Of a DNA stretch of 64,000 bases, positions 1 to 11,900 are shown one piece after another (the first letter of the stretch is position 1; the number at the start of each line of letters is the position of its first letter). Source of the DNA: Hydrolagus colliei (Eukaryota); assembly GCA_035084275.1 (NCBI GenBank), contig CM068759.1:2480001-2544000 (forward strand). Direction: 5' to 3'. The notes under the pieces are model-generated. The model saw only the letters and a list, made by a program, of their open reading frames with translations. It was not told the origin of the DNA and ran no database searches. The position numbers were made by a program, and so were the translations under genes.

Positions 1-1902
1 TGAGCGCAGGAAAAACACCATCCAAAATCTTTCCGACTCACTCAGAGACCTGTACTCTCAGCATGCTGTATGAGATTGTGATCTTTCACAGTGCATCATC
101 CAGGCAGACCTATGAAATGCTTGTTGTCTGATTGGAGGGATGAGTTCACTTGCAGAGAGAGGTGTGGATATTTTTTTGAAAAAAGGACCATTTGTGTGTG
201 ATTCATTTTTGAAAATCTTGGCGTTTCAAGATCACAACACGTAACACTTCTGTTTGCCCGTTCGGACTTTTGAATTCAGATTTTGTTTTTAAGCGACGCT
301 TTTGAAATGTCATCTGTTTAGAAGCAGGTGAAAATGATTACATTTTAAGTTGGTTGCTGTCGATTAAATTCGATATTTTTCTCTCTCTACTTTACCCTAA
401 AATCCTTGCCTCTTGCCTTTTTTATGCAAATGCCTGCATTTTGTTCGGACCATGTGATTTGAGCTCAGACATTTAATACAAATAGTGCACTTTGTAATTT
501 TGTGTGAGAAAAAAATAGGGTTCAGTGAACACAAGGCAGACTAATAGGCATTTCTACGGCAAGTGGCATCAATTACTTTTATCTTATAATTGGCTTTCAG
601 ACCATCAACAAACACATTGGTGCATTAGGCTAGGTTAAACAATTCTTACAAATCGAAACGTTCAGATTTTAAGAGTTTTCCTTCCGAGGCTTTAAGAGTT
701 TTAAATGCACAAAGAAACGCGAGCCATCTAAATATAAAAAGTTCAGCAACACGGAGAGAACATACAAGAAAAAAGCTTAGCACATGAACTCGTTTTCATT
801 ATTTATTTGTCCAGCCCGAACGATTAATGAGTCAATTATATGAATTGTAAATTTCGAGGATTTGAAAAACTGGAATGAAAGCAGAAATAATCTCTTGAAA
901 ACCAGCATCCTGGTTGCACTTGTGTCTTCAATGCTTATGTCCCAATGTATAGATTGTCATGTCTCAGAGAATGACTGGGTATTGTGCTGGACTTTGGTCC
1001 GGTTTTTATTTAATAATTATCCTGCCATTGTTCGCAGCCGTGACTGAATCCAATCTGAAAGGTGCAGATGAATAAACCGCAGTTAGAAACACTGGACTTG
1101 TTGTTGAAGACACCTTCACTTGGAATATTTTTGGACTTGATATCATTTATTTTGTCAGTTTTGTCCTCGGGGTCGACAAAGTGTTGCAGGCACAAGTCTG
1201 TGCGTGAAATTTGCACCTTACAATGTGAGCACATCGATTGGGATGCACTTATCCCATCTAAATAATGAAAGGGGGTGAATTTCCCCCAGTATGTTAAACA
1301 ACGTACACATGCACGGGGAGATTAGAATCAGGTAAAGACCATTAATATGTGCAAATGGGGGAAGGGTCTTCATTTAAAAAGATATGTTCCTGTCCACATT
1401 GAAGCAGGAATGCATCAACCCACCACACTCAAAAATCACAATGAGACATTCTCCTCTCAAACACGTATCAGAGAACAGAGACTTTACCTGCTGTAGCGGC
1501 CATGGAGAAGGAAGGGGCTGCCCATACAGTGCATATCACATTGACGGCTGTGAGCTATGGTCAGATCGAACACAGAATTGATTTAAATATTAATGAGGCA
1601 ATTTGAATAGTGCACTATTCGCACAAAGCCAAAATTGGAATTCCGTGCACGTCGAACAATCGACATTTATATCCCCCGAATGTGTGTCTGTGAATAAAAA
1701 GGAAAATTTAGCTCATTGAGTTAGTACAAGGCATTGCTCTCGCAGTGTAATACTTAACTTTGATTTCTGATTCCAAATTTATTAAAAAAAAACGTTTTAA
1801 CTTTACATACTTCGCTTTGCAAATTTTCTGGTGCTCAACCTGTGTGCCTGGTTTAGATTTTCTTCCCTTTTTGTCGGTGATCTCTCTGTTCGGCTTCAGT
1901 CA

Positions 1903-1918
1903 AGCCACTAGAGGGAGT
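1903..1918 (+). promoter_or_regulatory. CTCF-like motif
   Basis: AGCCACTAGAGGGAGT closely matches the CTCF core CCASYAGRKGGCRS. Confidence 0.5.
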
Positions 1919-1990
1919 TCTATTGTTGTGGTAACTATGGCTCAAGGAAACGCAAGTCAAGAAGTGTTGGTGGCTTATTGATGGGCTGGT

Positions 1991-2268
1991 ATAATAATAA
2001 TAATAATCCTTGCATTTCATATAGCGCTTTTCACGTCTTCTTGACGTCTCAAAGCGCTTCACAGGATACACTGTAAAGTGAATTGACTGTGTGCCGCAAA
2101 CAATCGTAGATTGAAAATGACCAATTTTATTATTGTGTTTTTTTGGGGAGGGATTATTATTAGGCGTGTGTGTGTGGAGCAAGGAAACTTGCCCAAGGTT
2201 TCGTCCCGACCTGTCCTTATTCGAACACAGGTAAGGCGAGTACTTTAACCACTGAGCTACAGGACCCC
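1991..2268 (-). mobile_element. tRNA-derived SINE (dominant family), internally deleted
   Basis: (TAA)n tail, TCCTTGCATTT..AGCGCTTTTCAC body, tRNA-like head; collinear with the 14904-15230 copy except for two deletions. Confidence 0.9.
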
Positions 2269-2305
2269 ACTTTAGTCCTGACACAATGGTATTGACAGTT
2301 ATCGC

Positions 2306-2321
2306 AGGTCACTTGAGGTCG
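2306..2321 (+). promoter_or_regulatory. DR4 nuclear receptor element (1 mismatch)
   Basis: AGGTCA-cttg-AGGTCG. Confidence 0.35.
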
Positions 2322-3258
2322 AGGACGAGTGAAGCAACAACAGTTAGGGTGGAAAAACAAAGAGGGTTAGGGATTTGAAGTACGGTTCATAGAATCTTTG
2401 TCATTGTGAAAATACAAATGATTGCTTTCAGCAATTCAACTACTCATCGATCGAGAGTATTGGTTATATTTGTGAGGACAATGTGTATTTGGATCTTCTT
2501 AGGTTTGATGTGTCTTAACCATAAAATCAGGAGGAACATGGCATCTATTCTTTTCTCACTTCTATCTCCTACCTCAGACACTGGAACACATATGAACACA
2601 AATGCTTCCACACGAAGAAAAGTACACAATTCTTCCTCTCCTTGAACTCACGGAGAATGAGCATATTTCTCTCCTGCCAGGTCCCAAATGCGGTACATGG
2701 TTTTGTACCATATTGCTGGGTCGCGAATGGTCTTTTCCGATGTTCCCCACAAAGTGTTGACACATTGAGATTAGTAAAACGATCCTGGGAAAGTCTAGTG
2801 AATGTTCTAAAACCGCCTATGGTAGTCGGTCCATGCTGATCCTCTGGCTTCAGACGCCTTTCGTGCGTTGCAACTATGTTCAGGTTAGCATTTCAACACG
2901 CACAGAGCATTACTCTACCCCTCTCAAATGCGCAGTATCACCACGGGTCCAATTTCTATCTATGTGCCTTATATGAAATGCGACACATGTACATTTAACC
3001 CGCTCTCTTCAGTTTTCCTGTGGAACTGATGAGCGTTATGAATGGCCCTGAATATTCTGCATGAAAGCGGAAATGAGAGGTTGGATTTTGATTTTAGACT
3101 ATGATACTAATGGGTGCTCCCACCGTTACTGGAACACCGTGCATCTGTTCATGATACATTCCTTCTAACCCCATCAGGAAACTGCCCTATTGACTACTCT
3201 AAAGCTCACGCGCAAGTATAGAGACTCTGTCTGGCTGCTCTTCACTGATGGTTTCAAA

Positions 3259-3274
3259 TGACCTGACATGACCT
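3259..3274 (-). promoter_or_regulatory. Perfect DR4 nuclear receptor element (TR/RXR or LXR/RXR type)
   Basis: TGACCT-gaca-TGACCT, i.e. AGGTCA-tgtc-AGGTCA on the minus strand. Confidence 0.5.
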
Positions 3275-6135
3275 CTCAGATAACGCTGCTAATCCTTTAT
3301 GCCTGGCAGATATATGCAACATTAACACATCGGGAGGATTATCAGGGCAGCGATCGCGAGAGTCGATACAGCTGAAAGGAACTGACTTGAAAGACAGCCT
3401 TGTGCCTTTCGGACTCGTTATCATCCTGACATGTGCAGGCCTCGTAGTCAGTCAATGAGGAATAGCTACATTTCCTCTAATGCATCCATTCATCCAATTC
3501 ATTCATTCATCCACCTGAGTTTGATGATTTGTTGAGTGTGTTGCGGTAACCTGTTTTCTGGTTAAAATCCCTAACCCTATTTCTAAAGATGGAAACTGTT
3601 CAGAGCAGTTTTAATACGAGCCGATCGCTAACGCTGAGAACAGTTTGCTGCTTCGGATAAGCTCTCGAACCACGTTTAAATTGCGTAATAAACACAGCCA
3701 TCACAAACCCATCGGAATTTGGAGACCAATGTAGCGAGAACAAGCTGTACACGCTGGTGAATCAAGCTGTCCAACTGAGGGCCACTTTTGGTTTTCAAAA
3801 TTTATTTCAACATTTTATTTTAATCAATGAAGCAAAACAGGATGTTATAATGTAATAATAATAATGTTCTACAAGTCTGGCTGTGCTGATATAGTTACTG
3901 CGCTATTTGACGCTGCAAATATAATATCTTCTCTCTTCACCACCCCCCTCCCCACACACACACACCCCTGCTCACCCCAGGAAAATAGTTATAGTGCTAT
4001 TTACAACCCTACTCGCTTTATCTTGTAAATTGTCGGGCCTGGGTTAAATTCTTGATTAAAAATGCTTATCTTTTAAAACCTTCCAAAATTGCTATGCTAT
4101 GCACTAGCCCTTTTTTGTGTGCCATGGACCAGCCTTCTAATTCAGGTTTTCATTGCCTCGGTGCCTGAACTGTAAAGCTCGGTGTTAATCACATTTTAAT
4201 CGGTCCAGTTTGCTTGTCTTACAAACCTGAGTGTGAACATCCCGGGTAAAAATTCCAATGCTAACTGTTGTGGACGGGAAAAGCGGGGAAGGGCGGTAAC
4301 AGAATCTGAACCTTTAACTTGAACTCAACAACAACCATAACAAAATTACAGTTGTATAACGCCTCAATTCCCTGAAACTAAAGGGATGGGTTCACCACAG
4401 TAAAACCTTGCCGGGCGCACATAGAACCAAGTTAGCTGACTGAGAGGCAAAAGGGATACATAGCGGCATTGATTGCATCTGGTACACAAAGGAAAAAAAC
4501 CTTGTAGAATCAATATAAAAACATTCCTGCAACAAAAGTGGCATTGACAGCAGCCGTAACCATCCCCGGTTTCCCAAGCCATGGCGGGGAAGCAGGTGGA
4601 CGTTGAGACAGTGTCTGTTTCTCACTGGTCCAGGAACTCAGTGTGCCTAAAATCTCTCTTGACATCTCTCCAGACGTGGGCCCTTTTCAGACGCTGAGTT
4701 TTTATTTTTTTCCCGCAAAGTCAACGTGTCACAGAGCGTCACTAATGGAACTTTGCTATGGCGATCGACTGTGTCACTTACTGATGGAAAAACACACTTT
4801 ACATTGTCTCTCTCCCAACTCATAATGTTTTGAAAAGCTGTTGGTCAGGTGTTGCATGTCAGGGGTGGAGTGAAATATTCTGCCACCACAACTCCCTCCC
4901 ATTGTTGTTATCTCTCAAGATGTTGAGAGAATAATGCGGTACCCTGCCAAAACCCTCTGCAGCGGAGTAATGTTGAATGGAATAAAGGATCTACACAGTG
5001 CTGGAAACACACAGGAGATAAGTCAGCATCCGAAAGAAGGCGATCAATTTAGCTTCCAACAATCCGGTCGTTTTAATCGGCGACTTGAAAAAAAAGCGAG
5101 TGTCTTGTTTAATCATTGGTAGCTGATAAAATGACACCTGGTAATCTGAGCAGCAAGTGTCATTGTAAACAGGAAATCTTGCTATCAGATCAATTGCAAT
5201 GAAACAGACATGGATTTCCTCTTCACAGCTTTGCTTTCTCTGCACGTTCCAGTTGCTGTGTTAACTGCTGTATGTGCAGTGCACCACTCAACCCAACGAC
5301 CCACTGTTTTTATCTGAGTCCATTTTATTTTGAAATAGAGGGTGCGGTAGGGGAGAGAGCAATTTTTGGGTTCATCAACCGAATAGGTATCTGTTAAGGG
5401 TCCTTTCTCGCAAGTAAGCGCTTTGAGATGTCCTCCCGGTGTAAATCTATACTGTCATTTGTATTGCGTTGTAAGGACTGATATGGTATGCGAGCCACCT
5501 GAGAAGATATCTATAATATAAAACCAAAGGAACCATTCATTCGGGTTTTCCAGGAAATTCTGACTGTTTTCCCTACAAAAAAAAGCGCGGAGTAACCTTT
5601 ATGGTAAACAAAGAGAGATGTGGCACCTCCGAATATTGTTCCTACGGGGTTTTATCATGCTGGTCATGCATGCAATTAGTTGCTGAAACATAGCACACAC
5701 TCGCCAGGCACAGCCTGCCTTTTGTGTGTTCCTTTTAGAAGGCAATCGCTGGGATTTGAAAGAAGGCTCCAGCCCTGAGAGCAGGTGCATTTCGTTCAAG
5801 TACAAGCCTGTGTGAATTTCTCCATTCTGTGTTTGTGACTGTAAATTATTCAGGTGGGATGTTGCGCTGGTTCGGTCGACCTGAGTGCAGTGGTTTGAAT
5901 TGATTACATTAACATTTATATCTAGGAGTTCAGCAATAAATCAAACTTTGGGGTAAGATGTGCCATCAACAAGACTCTGCAGATTGCACTCTTGCCTGCA
6001 ATGCTGAACTCATTGGTCCTAACCTATATTGAGAGTATGATGTCCTATATAGTTCATAGCAGTGCAGCTGAGGATGAGAGCTTCTGTCACTGACACTAAA
6101 CCCAGCCCATTCTTGCAGGATGTGACAGTATTGTT

Positions 6136-6583
6136 ATAATAATGAATGAACTTTGCATTTGGCTACGGCTCCTTTTGTGCCAGGAGAAAGTGCTTCGCTG
6201 GATTTACTGTAAAGGGGAGTGACTGTGTGTTTTGTAGCTGAACACAGCAGCCAATTTTCGCATGACAACAACGATGACAATTTACTTTCATATAGTGCTC
6301 TTCACCTCGGATGGCGCAGAGAGCAATGTCCCATAGCAAATAGCCGTGAAGTGAATGATCAATTTTCTTTTGGTCAGGTCACCGGGATAAACTGCGTTCT
6401 TTTTTCAAGTCGGACAATTAATGTCCACCTCAACGAGTAGACGGACCTTCGCTTAAAGAGAATTTAGCATTCACTGCAGCCTCCCCCCAGTTCTGTATAA
6501 ATGATATGAGTTCAAACTCTTGACGTGGGGGTTGAACCCACAAAGCTTGTAGCTCGGAGGTGAGAGTATGACCAAATGAGCCG
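6136..6583 (-). mobile_element. Old near-full-length DeuSINE (SacSINE1/AmnSINE1-like) with nested L2 tail
   Basis: tRNA head on minus strand (GGCTCATTTGG..GGGTTCAACCCCCAC), Deu-like core (ATGTCCACCT..GACGG), 3' half shared with the dominant SINE. Confidence 0.7.
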
Positions 6584-6727
6584 GGTTAGCATCTACTTGG
6601 GGAGTGTGCCCACTTCATGAGAGACGGTGAATAGAGGAATGGAGGAAATATGTCTATTTGACCTGGTGGTGAATATGCATCTGAATTGTGTGTACACGTG
6701 TGTGTGTGTGTGTTTGTGCGTACGCGC

Positions 6728-6901
6728 AGTGTTTGTGGGATGCTGTTGTGTGAAATTGGCTGTCACATTTCGCCCACATATATACAGTCAGATCACTTTA
6801 CCGTATATTCTGCGAAGTGCTTTGAGACGCAGAGATGATGTGAAAAGTGCTATATCAAATGCAAGTAGTATTATTATTAGAAAGGATTATTATTATTATT
6901 A
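6728..6901 (+). mobile_element. Dominant SINE, 3' half
   Basis: GTTTGTGGGATGCTG..GTGAAAAGTGCTATATCAAATGCAAG followed by (TTA)n. Confidence 0.85.
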
Positions 6902-7724
6902 CTAATATTAATAAGGATGCCTCCGGCTACACACAGAGCTTGAAAAAATAATGTCCGGAATCTGGAAAGTGGAATTTTCTCCGAACTTATGCTTTTGGGG
7001 ATGGTGAGTGGGGTAAGGTAGTGGGTGGGTGGGTGGTGGGGCGGTGGTGGGAGTGATCTTAGGAAGAAGCAATGCTCCTACTGTCTACAAGTAAAAGTGT
7101 CACCTTTAGATTTATGTTCACACAAGAACGCCTCTGCCACGGGTCTTTTCTCTTTAAAGCATCTGTTGAGAGTAAATGTAATCCCTTCAGGTTTCATTGT
7201 ACACGTCTGGAAATGTGCAAGTGCCTCACCATTGACAGCAATAGGTAGGCTGAGAGCAGAATAAATCCTGCAGAATCGCTTCTTGAAGGCTCGTAATCAT
7301 GCAGAACCCAAACCAAATCATACTTGCTCAAACTCAAAACTCCCTTGATATTCAGCAATGCTCAGAAGGTTATGAAAAGATCTGTTTCGGCAAATTTCAG
7401 TGCATTGTTATTAATGGTTCTCCGGTCACAAAACTCAGCGGTTTAAACTGTGGGATGTATATGATGACTGCATTATGCATTATTAATTTCCAATCTGAAA
7501 CCTTCAGGACTGCCAATCAGCGTTCAAGTTATTGATGGAACTAAATAAATCATGAGCTTCCCCTCTGCAAACAGAAAGGGCCTTTTGCAACAAGCCACTA
7601 CTGTAAGCAGCGAATGCCTCGAGTGAATGAATATTCATGACAGACGAAGTAAGGCGACTCCGGTAAATACTGTCTACAAACCTCAGTGGCATTATGAATG
7701 TCTCCTTGGTTTTCTATAAAAAAA

Positions 7725-7752
7725 ACACATACACACACACACACACACACAC
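7725..7752. repeat. (CA)n microsatellite
   Basis: direct reading. Confidence 0.9.
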
Positions 7753-8417
7753 TCAGAGAAGGAGCGAGACAGACAAGAAGTGTTTTCCTGACTGCCTCCG
7801 GGCTTGTGTTCATTCACTGTCTCCTTGCCCTAAGCCACTCTGTAAGAGTAGAATTCTGAACTAGCTGGCGGTCACGTAGGTTAGTATTCCAGCAGGGTGT
7901 ACTGATATTGCCAATGCGCGCATAATAAACTGACACACTTGTGGCATTGAAATCCCTTGTCACCCCCAGTGAGAGGGATGATGGGTGTATTTGTTTCTGT
8001 GTTTAAAAGAGGAGAGTTAACGCCACAGTGACCTGTATTGTGATCCTGTTTATGACCTTGTTAACCTCTGGTAATTGTCTTGTCTACTGGTGTCCTGGGA
8101 ACCCACGGTTTGTTTTCTCAAAGGTGGCAACGCTTTAGAAATGTGTAACCAGTGTTTATTGTACGGGTTGCATGTTATTTAATAGAAATTAGCTAATGAA
8201 CCATGGGGGGGGGGGGTTTGTGACTGGGGCAAGATGTAAACTGGTGCCATGCTTTGCACTCTCATTCCACACACGTAACGCGTACACACAGACTATCGCG
8301 CTCGTTTGTATACTTTCACTGATCCTACTTTTCCCGAAAAGAAAAGCAATGAATTTTACCGAACACGCGCATCTACCTTTTCATTCGAAAATCAGTTGCT
8401 GCGGAAACAGAACCCCC

Positions 8418-8633
8418 CCACACGCCTAATAATAATCACTCAAAAAAAAACACGATAATTAATTGGTCATTTCAATCCACGGCTGTTTGTGGGGACACTG
8501 CCGTGCGCAAGCGGCTGCCGCGTTTCTCCCACGAATGTACAGTCAGTTCATTTTGCAGTGTATTCTGTGAAGTGCTTTGGGACGTTTAGAAGATGTGAAA
8601 AACGCTATATCAAACGCAAGGATTATTATTATT
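8418..8633 (+). mobile_element. Dominant SINE, 5'-truncated
   Basis: CCACACGCCTAATAATAATC..CAAGGATTATTATT. Confidence 0.9.
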
Positions 8634-8870
8634 TTTATGTTGTGTATCCGATCGGCTGGTAAAAAAAATTAAGAAGACAAACTTTGTTATGAATACTGTA
8701 TTTGAGGAGTCAAAATACAAGTTAGGTTAAGGGTTGGTGTTAACTGCATGTGTCTCCATGGTGGAATTGCAGATCAGCTTGCTAACTCTCTCATTCTCTC
8801 TCTCTCTCGTCTCTCTCTTTCTCATATCTGATCCAGGAGCGGGTAGATAACGATCAGAATAATGATCAGT

Positions 8871-8977
8871 TTTCGCCCACAAAATATATAGTCAAATCAC
8901 TTTGCAATATATGCTGTAAAACGCTTTGAGACATCTCAATGTGATAAGGCGCTATATCAAATGAAAGGTTTATTATT
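8871..8977 (+). mobile_element. Dominant SINE tail fragment
   Basis: TTTCGCCCAC..GATAAGGCGCTATATCAAATG. Confidence 0.8.
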
Positions 8978-11900
8978 TCTATTATATGGTTATCAGAAGC
9001 AGTTTCCTCCCTTTCTCCTTGGGGCTTCAAATACTGAGGCCATGGTTGAGATTAGCTGTGTTTGTGTTTTTGTGCTTACACACTTTAACCGTGATCAAAC
9101 TTTATAGCAACAGCAAATCAGTTTCCAATTGTCCATTGGAAGTCGGAAGGACATCCCAAATCTCTAAACGGTTAAAGGTTTGCACCCGAGCTGGGAGCTG
9201 GATTCAAGAGGGTTGAACGTTAGGGCAGAGTGCGGAACGTCAGACTCCGCCACAGTCAAGCGCTTCGAGACCCTATCCCTGTGAATGAATAAATGTAAGT
9301 TGTTGCTGTTGTTAATCTGGTTTGTGGCAGCACACTGTCACAGTGTAGTTTTTTTTGTTTGCTTTTGGTTTTGAGCATCAGGGAGCTCAGCCAACATTTT
9401 GTCAGAATGATTTAGAGGATAACAACACGGTCATTTCTGAAACCCCAGATTGCAACAGATCCTAATGTGAATGAGCTGCTGCCTCATAGAAAACTCTTAA
9501 CTTCTGTGGTTGATTTGAGGAGATTTCTCCCAAATGCCTGTACAGCTTGATAATAAGAGCAGGCAAGTAGGCGCACTCCATCGATGTGCTTTTTTTTAAC
9601 TCGCACAATGGAACGACAGTTCTGCCATTAACACCCAACGATAGTGAAAATGTACAGATGGGTGGTGGGGGGTGGGGGGTGGGGTGGGGGAAGGATACCT
9701 TCTGTGTAACTATGTGTAACAGCTGATCAGCGAGCATGGTAGTCAGACTAACCCTATCAGACTCCATTAGCATATTGCACACTGAGAAGTTTTTTTTTGT
9801 CTGTGCATTAGAGGTAAGGTAAGCTCAACGGACAGCCCTATTTCCATCTACTTTATTTCCATTTCAGTAAAAGGAAAATGTGACTGAAAACGATGGGATT
9901 GCATGCAGTGACAATCAATACAATTTTACTTAATCTTCTCCATCTGAAAGATTTGCTGTCCAGATAATTGAATCTCAACCGTCTGCTGAAAAGATCATCT
10001 CTTGCTTGTCACGGAGAAATACAGTTCTTTTCTCCAGCGAGATCTAAAGCAAGCTGGGTTTTTACTCTGCAGTAGTCATTGCTGCCTTTCGTATTAAAGG
10101 ATTCGTTTGCTTTAAAATGCCTGCTTTTAGTTTTGATTTTCGACCATTTCAACGGAATTTATTTTCTATAAAAGGGTGAGCAGCACATTTGTTTTTTGCT
10201 CAGGAGCTCCAGAGTTTTATTAATGTAACTTGTACAAACATCTTCATGGTTTTATGATGTTTACCGTCCTTTCTATGCAATAATGCCGCATTGGGAATTC
10301 TTTACTCTAGGTTTGAAATTGCTCTTAAAATTCAAATCTTGGCCATAAACCACACATGGATGTTGTTAAATTAAACTTTGTTAAACAACTGCAGTATTCC
10401 CTAGGAGATCTACAAATTTGGGGACGGAACAATTGTGAGGGTAGTCCAGAACCAAAGAAAAATTTGACTTGGAAATTCATAGGAATATTGCAACTGTAAT
10501 GAATCGCAGACAGTTTGATAGATGAACTCCCACCTTTCTGTCCGTGAATTAATATTGGAGCAAGGACATCGTTTATCTTACACATGATCAAAGCTAACCT
10601 CGACAAACAGGGATTTGAGACCAGAAGGTTTTGGGTTTGAAACCCCCTGATACTTTTATGGTCGATAGAATGATCCCTGTGCCTAAATCAACTTTTAGGA
10701 GATGGGAAATCAGCAGTGTCTCTGTGGGATTGATGAACTGGTTCCCGGAAGCCGAAACCAAGCAGATCTACAGTAATCCAAGACATTGCAGATTGACCAG
10801 CTGAATCAATGAGTGGCCATCAGTGAGACTTGGAGGTGCAGATGTGTTCTCAATCTAAAGCCCTAACAGGGACAGCCGAGGTAGATAAGTGCCGTGAAAT
10901 ATATTGGATGGTTTCTATTCTCGCAACAGCCATCTCCAAAAACCCGTCTCGGAAAAAGCTCCTGGTGTAAGTGTTTTAGGGGAAAGTGAACCAAAGTTTA
11001 TTTTAGACCACTCTAGTTTCGTTCCAGACCAAACTTAGAAGTCGTGTCAATACAATATGCACAAATCCTACGCTTAATTAAAAAATATTCTGTGCCCCCC
11101 CCCCCTACCCTCCCCCATCCACCCACGCACCACTCCCCATCACTTTTGTGGAATTGTTTTGCTCCTCTTTCCGTTTGGTCGAGTTTAAGGTAACTTTGGT
11201 GAACATTATTAGCCCGGTTCCCTCCATAGATCACTGCTGGCAATGTACTGCATGGGTGCTATTCGACAGCGGAAATGTGGGAGAGAGTAATTGTACGGAA
11301 ACATATGGCATGGCTAAGCCAGCGAGTCTGTGCAAGAGAGATGGCTTGCTGACTGGGGTGACAGTATTTCTTTTCACAGATGAAGCAATATTTACGCCAC
11401 GTGAAACATTGCGTTTTACACACCCCTCTGATTCATCTACCAAGAATTGGCCAGGTCCGTGAAGAAGGCAAAGCTTATCCTACACGTTTCTAAACGATGG
11501 AATTGTTAATTCGTTCGGTACTTCTGCAGTTGTGTAAAGAGTTGCTGGAAAGTGTATTGTGGAATGAGTGCTGTAGAATGAACAATAGGAGGGCTTGGAG
11601 AGGTTCCATGGGTATGATTCCACTCGTTGTGTTCCTGGAAACTGCATCGTTCAGAAACAATTGCAGCAGCTTCTCTGTGTATGATGGACATCCCCAATGG
11701 AATCCCAACAACAGAGCAAATTGGTTAGAAATTAAAGTTACCGATAGATCGCATTAAAAGCTTCTATAATTACAAGCTGAATAACACAGCGCTAATGACT
11801 AGTGAAAAGTGTCCTATTAATCTGAGTTCCAAAAAATTTCGGGGAAATTGATTGAAATTTCTGCTGTACTAATGTCCGAGCTTAGACCGAAATGCACTAT

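Noticed and set aside
668-702. Short direct duplications (also 58095-58130 and 49327-49352) and small hairpins (17422-17436, 28280-28302)
   Set aside because: Ordinary slippage or chance; too short for miRNA precursors
1853-2284. 143-aa ORF and similar ORFs at 15081, 16424, 32493, 34761 and 56693 sharing peptides
   Set aside because: Read-throughs of the non-coding SINE, not a gene family
2681-2839. Acceptor plus open frame containing LVKRSWESL (globin A-helix-like)
   Set aside because: No other globin motifs or downstream exons; most likely chance
2343-3580. TTAGGG / CCCTAA hexamers
   Set aside because: Only isolated or paired copies; not an interstitial telomere array
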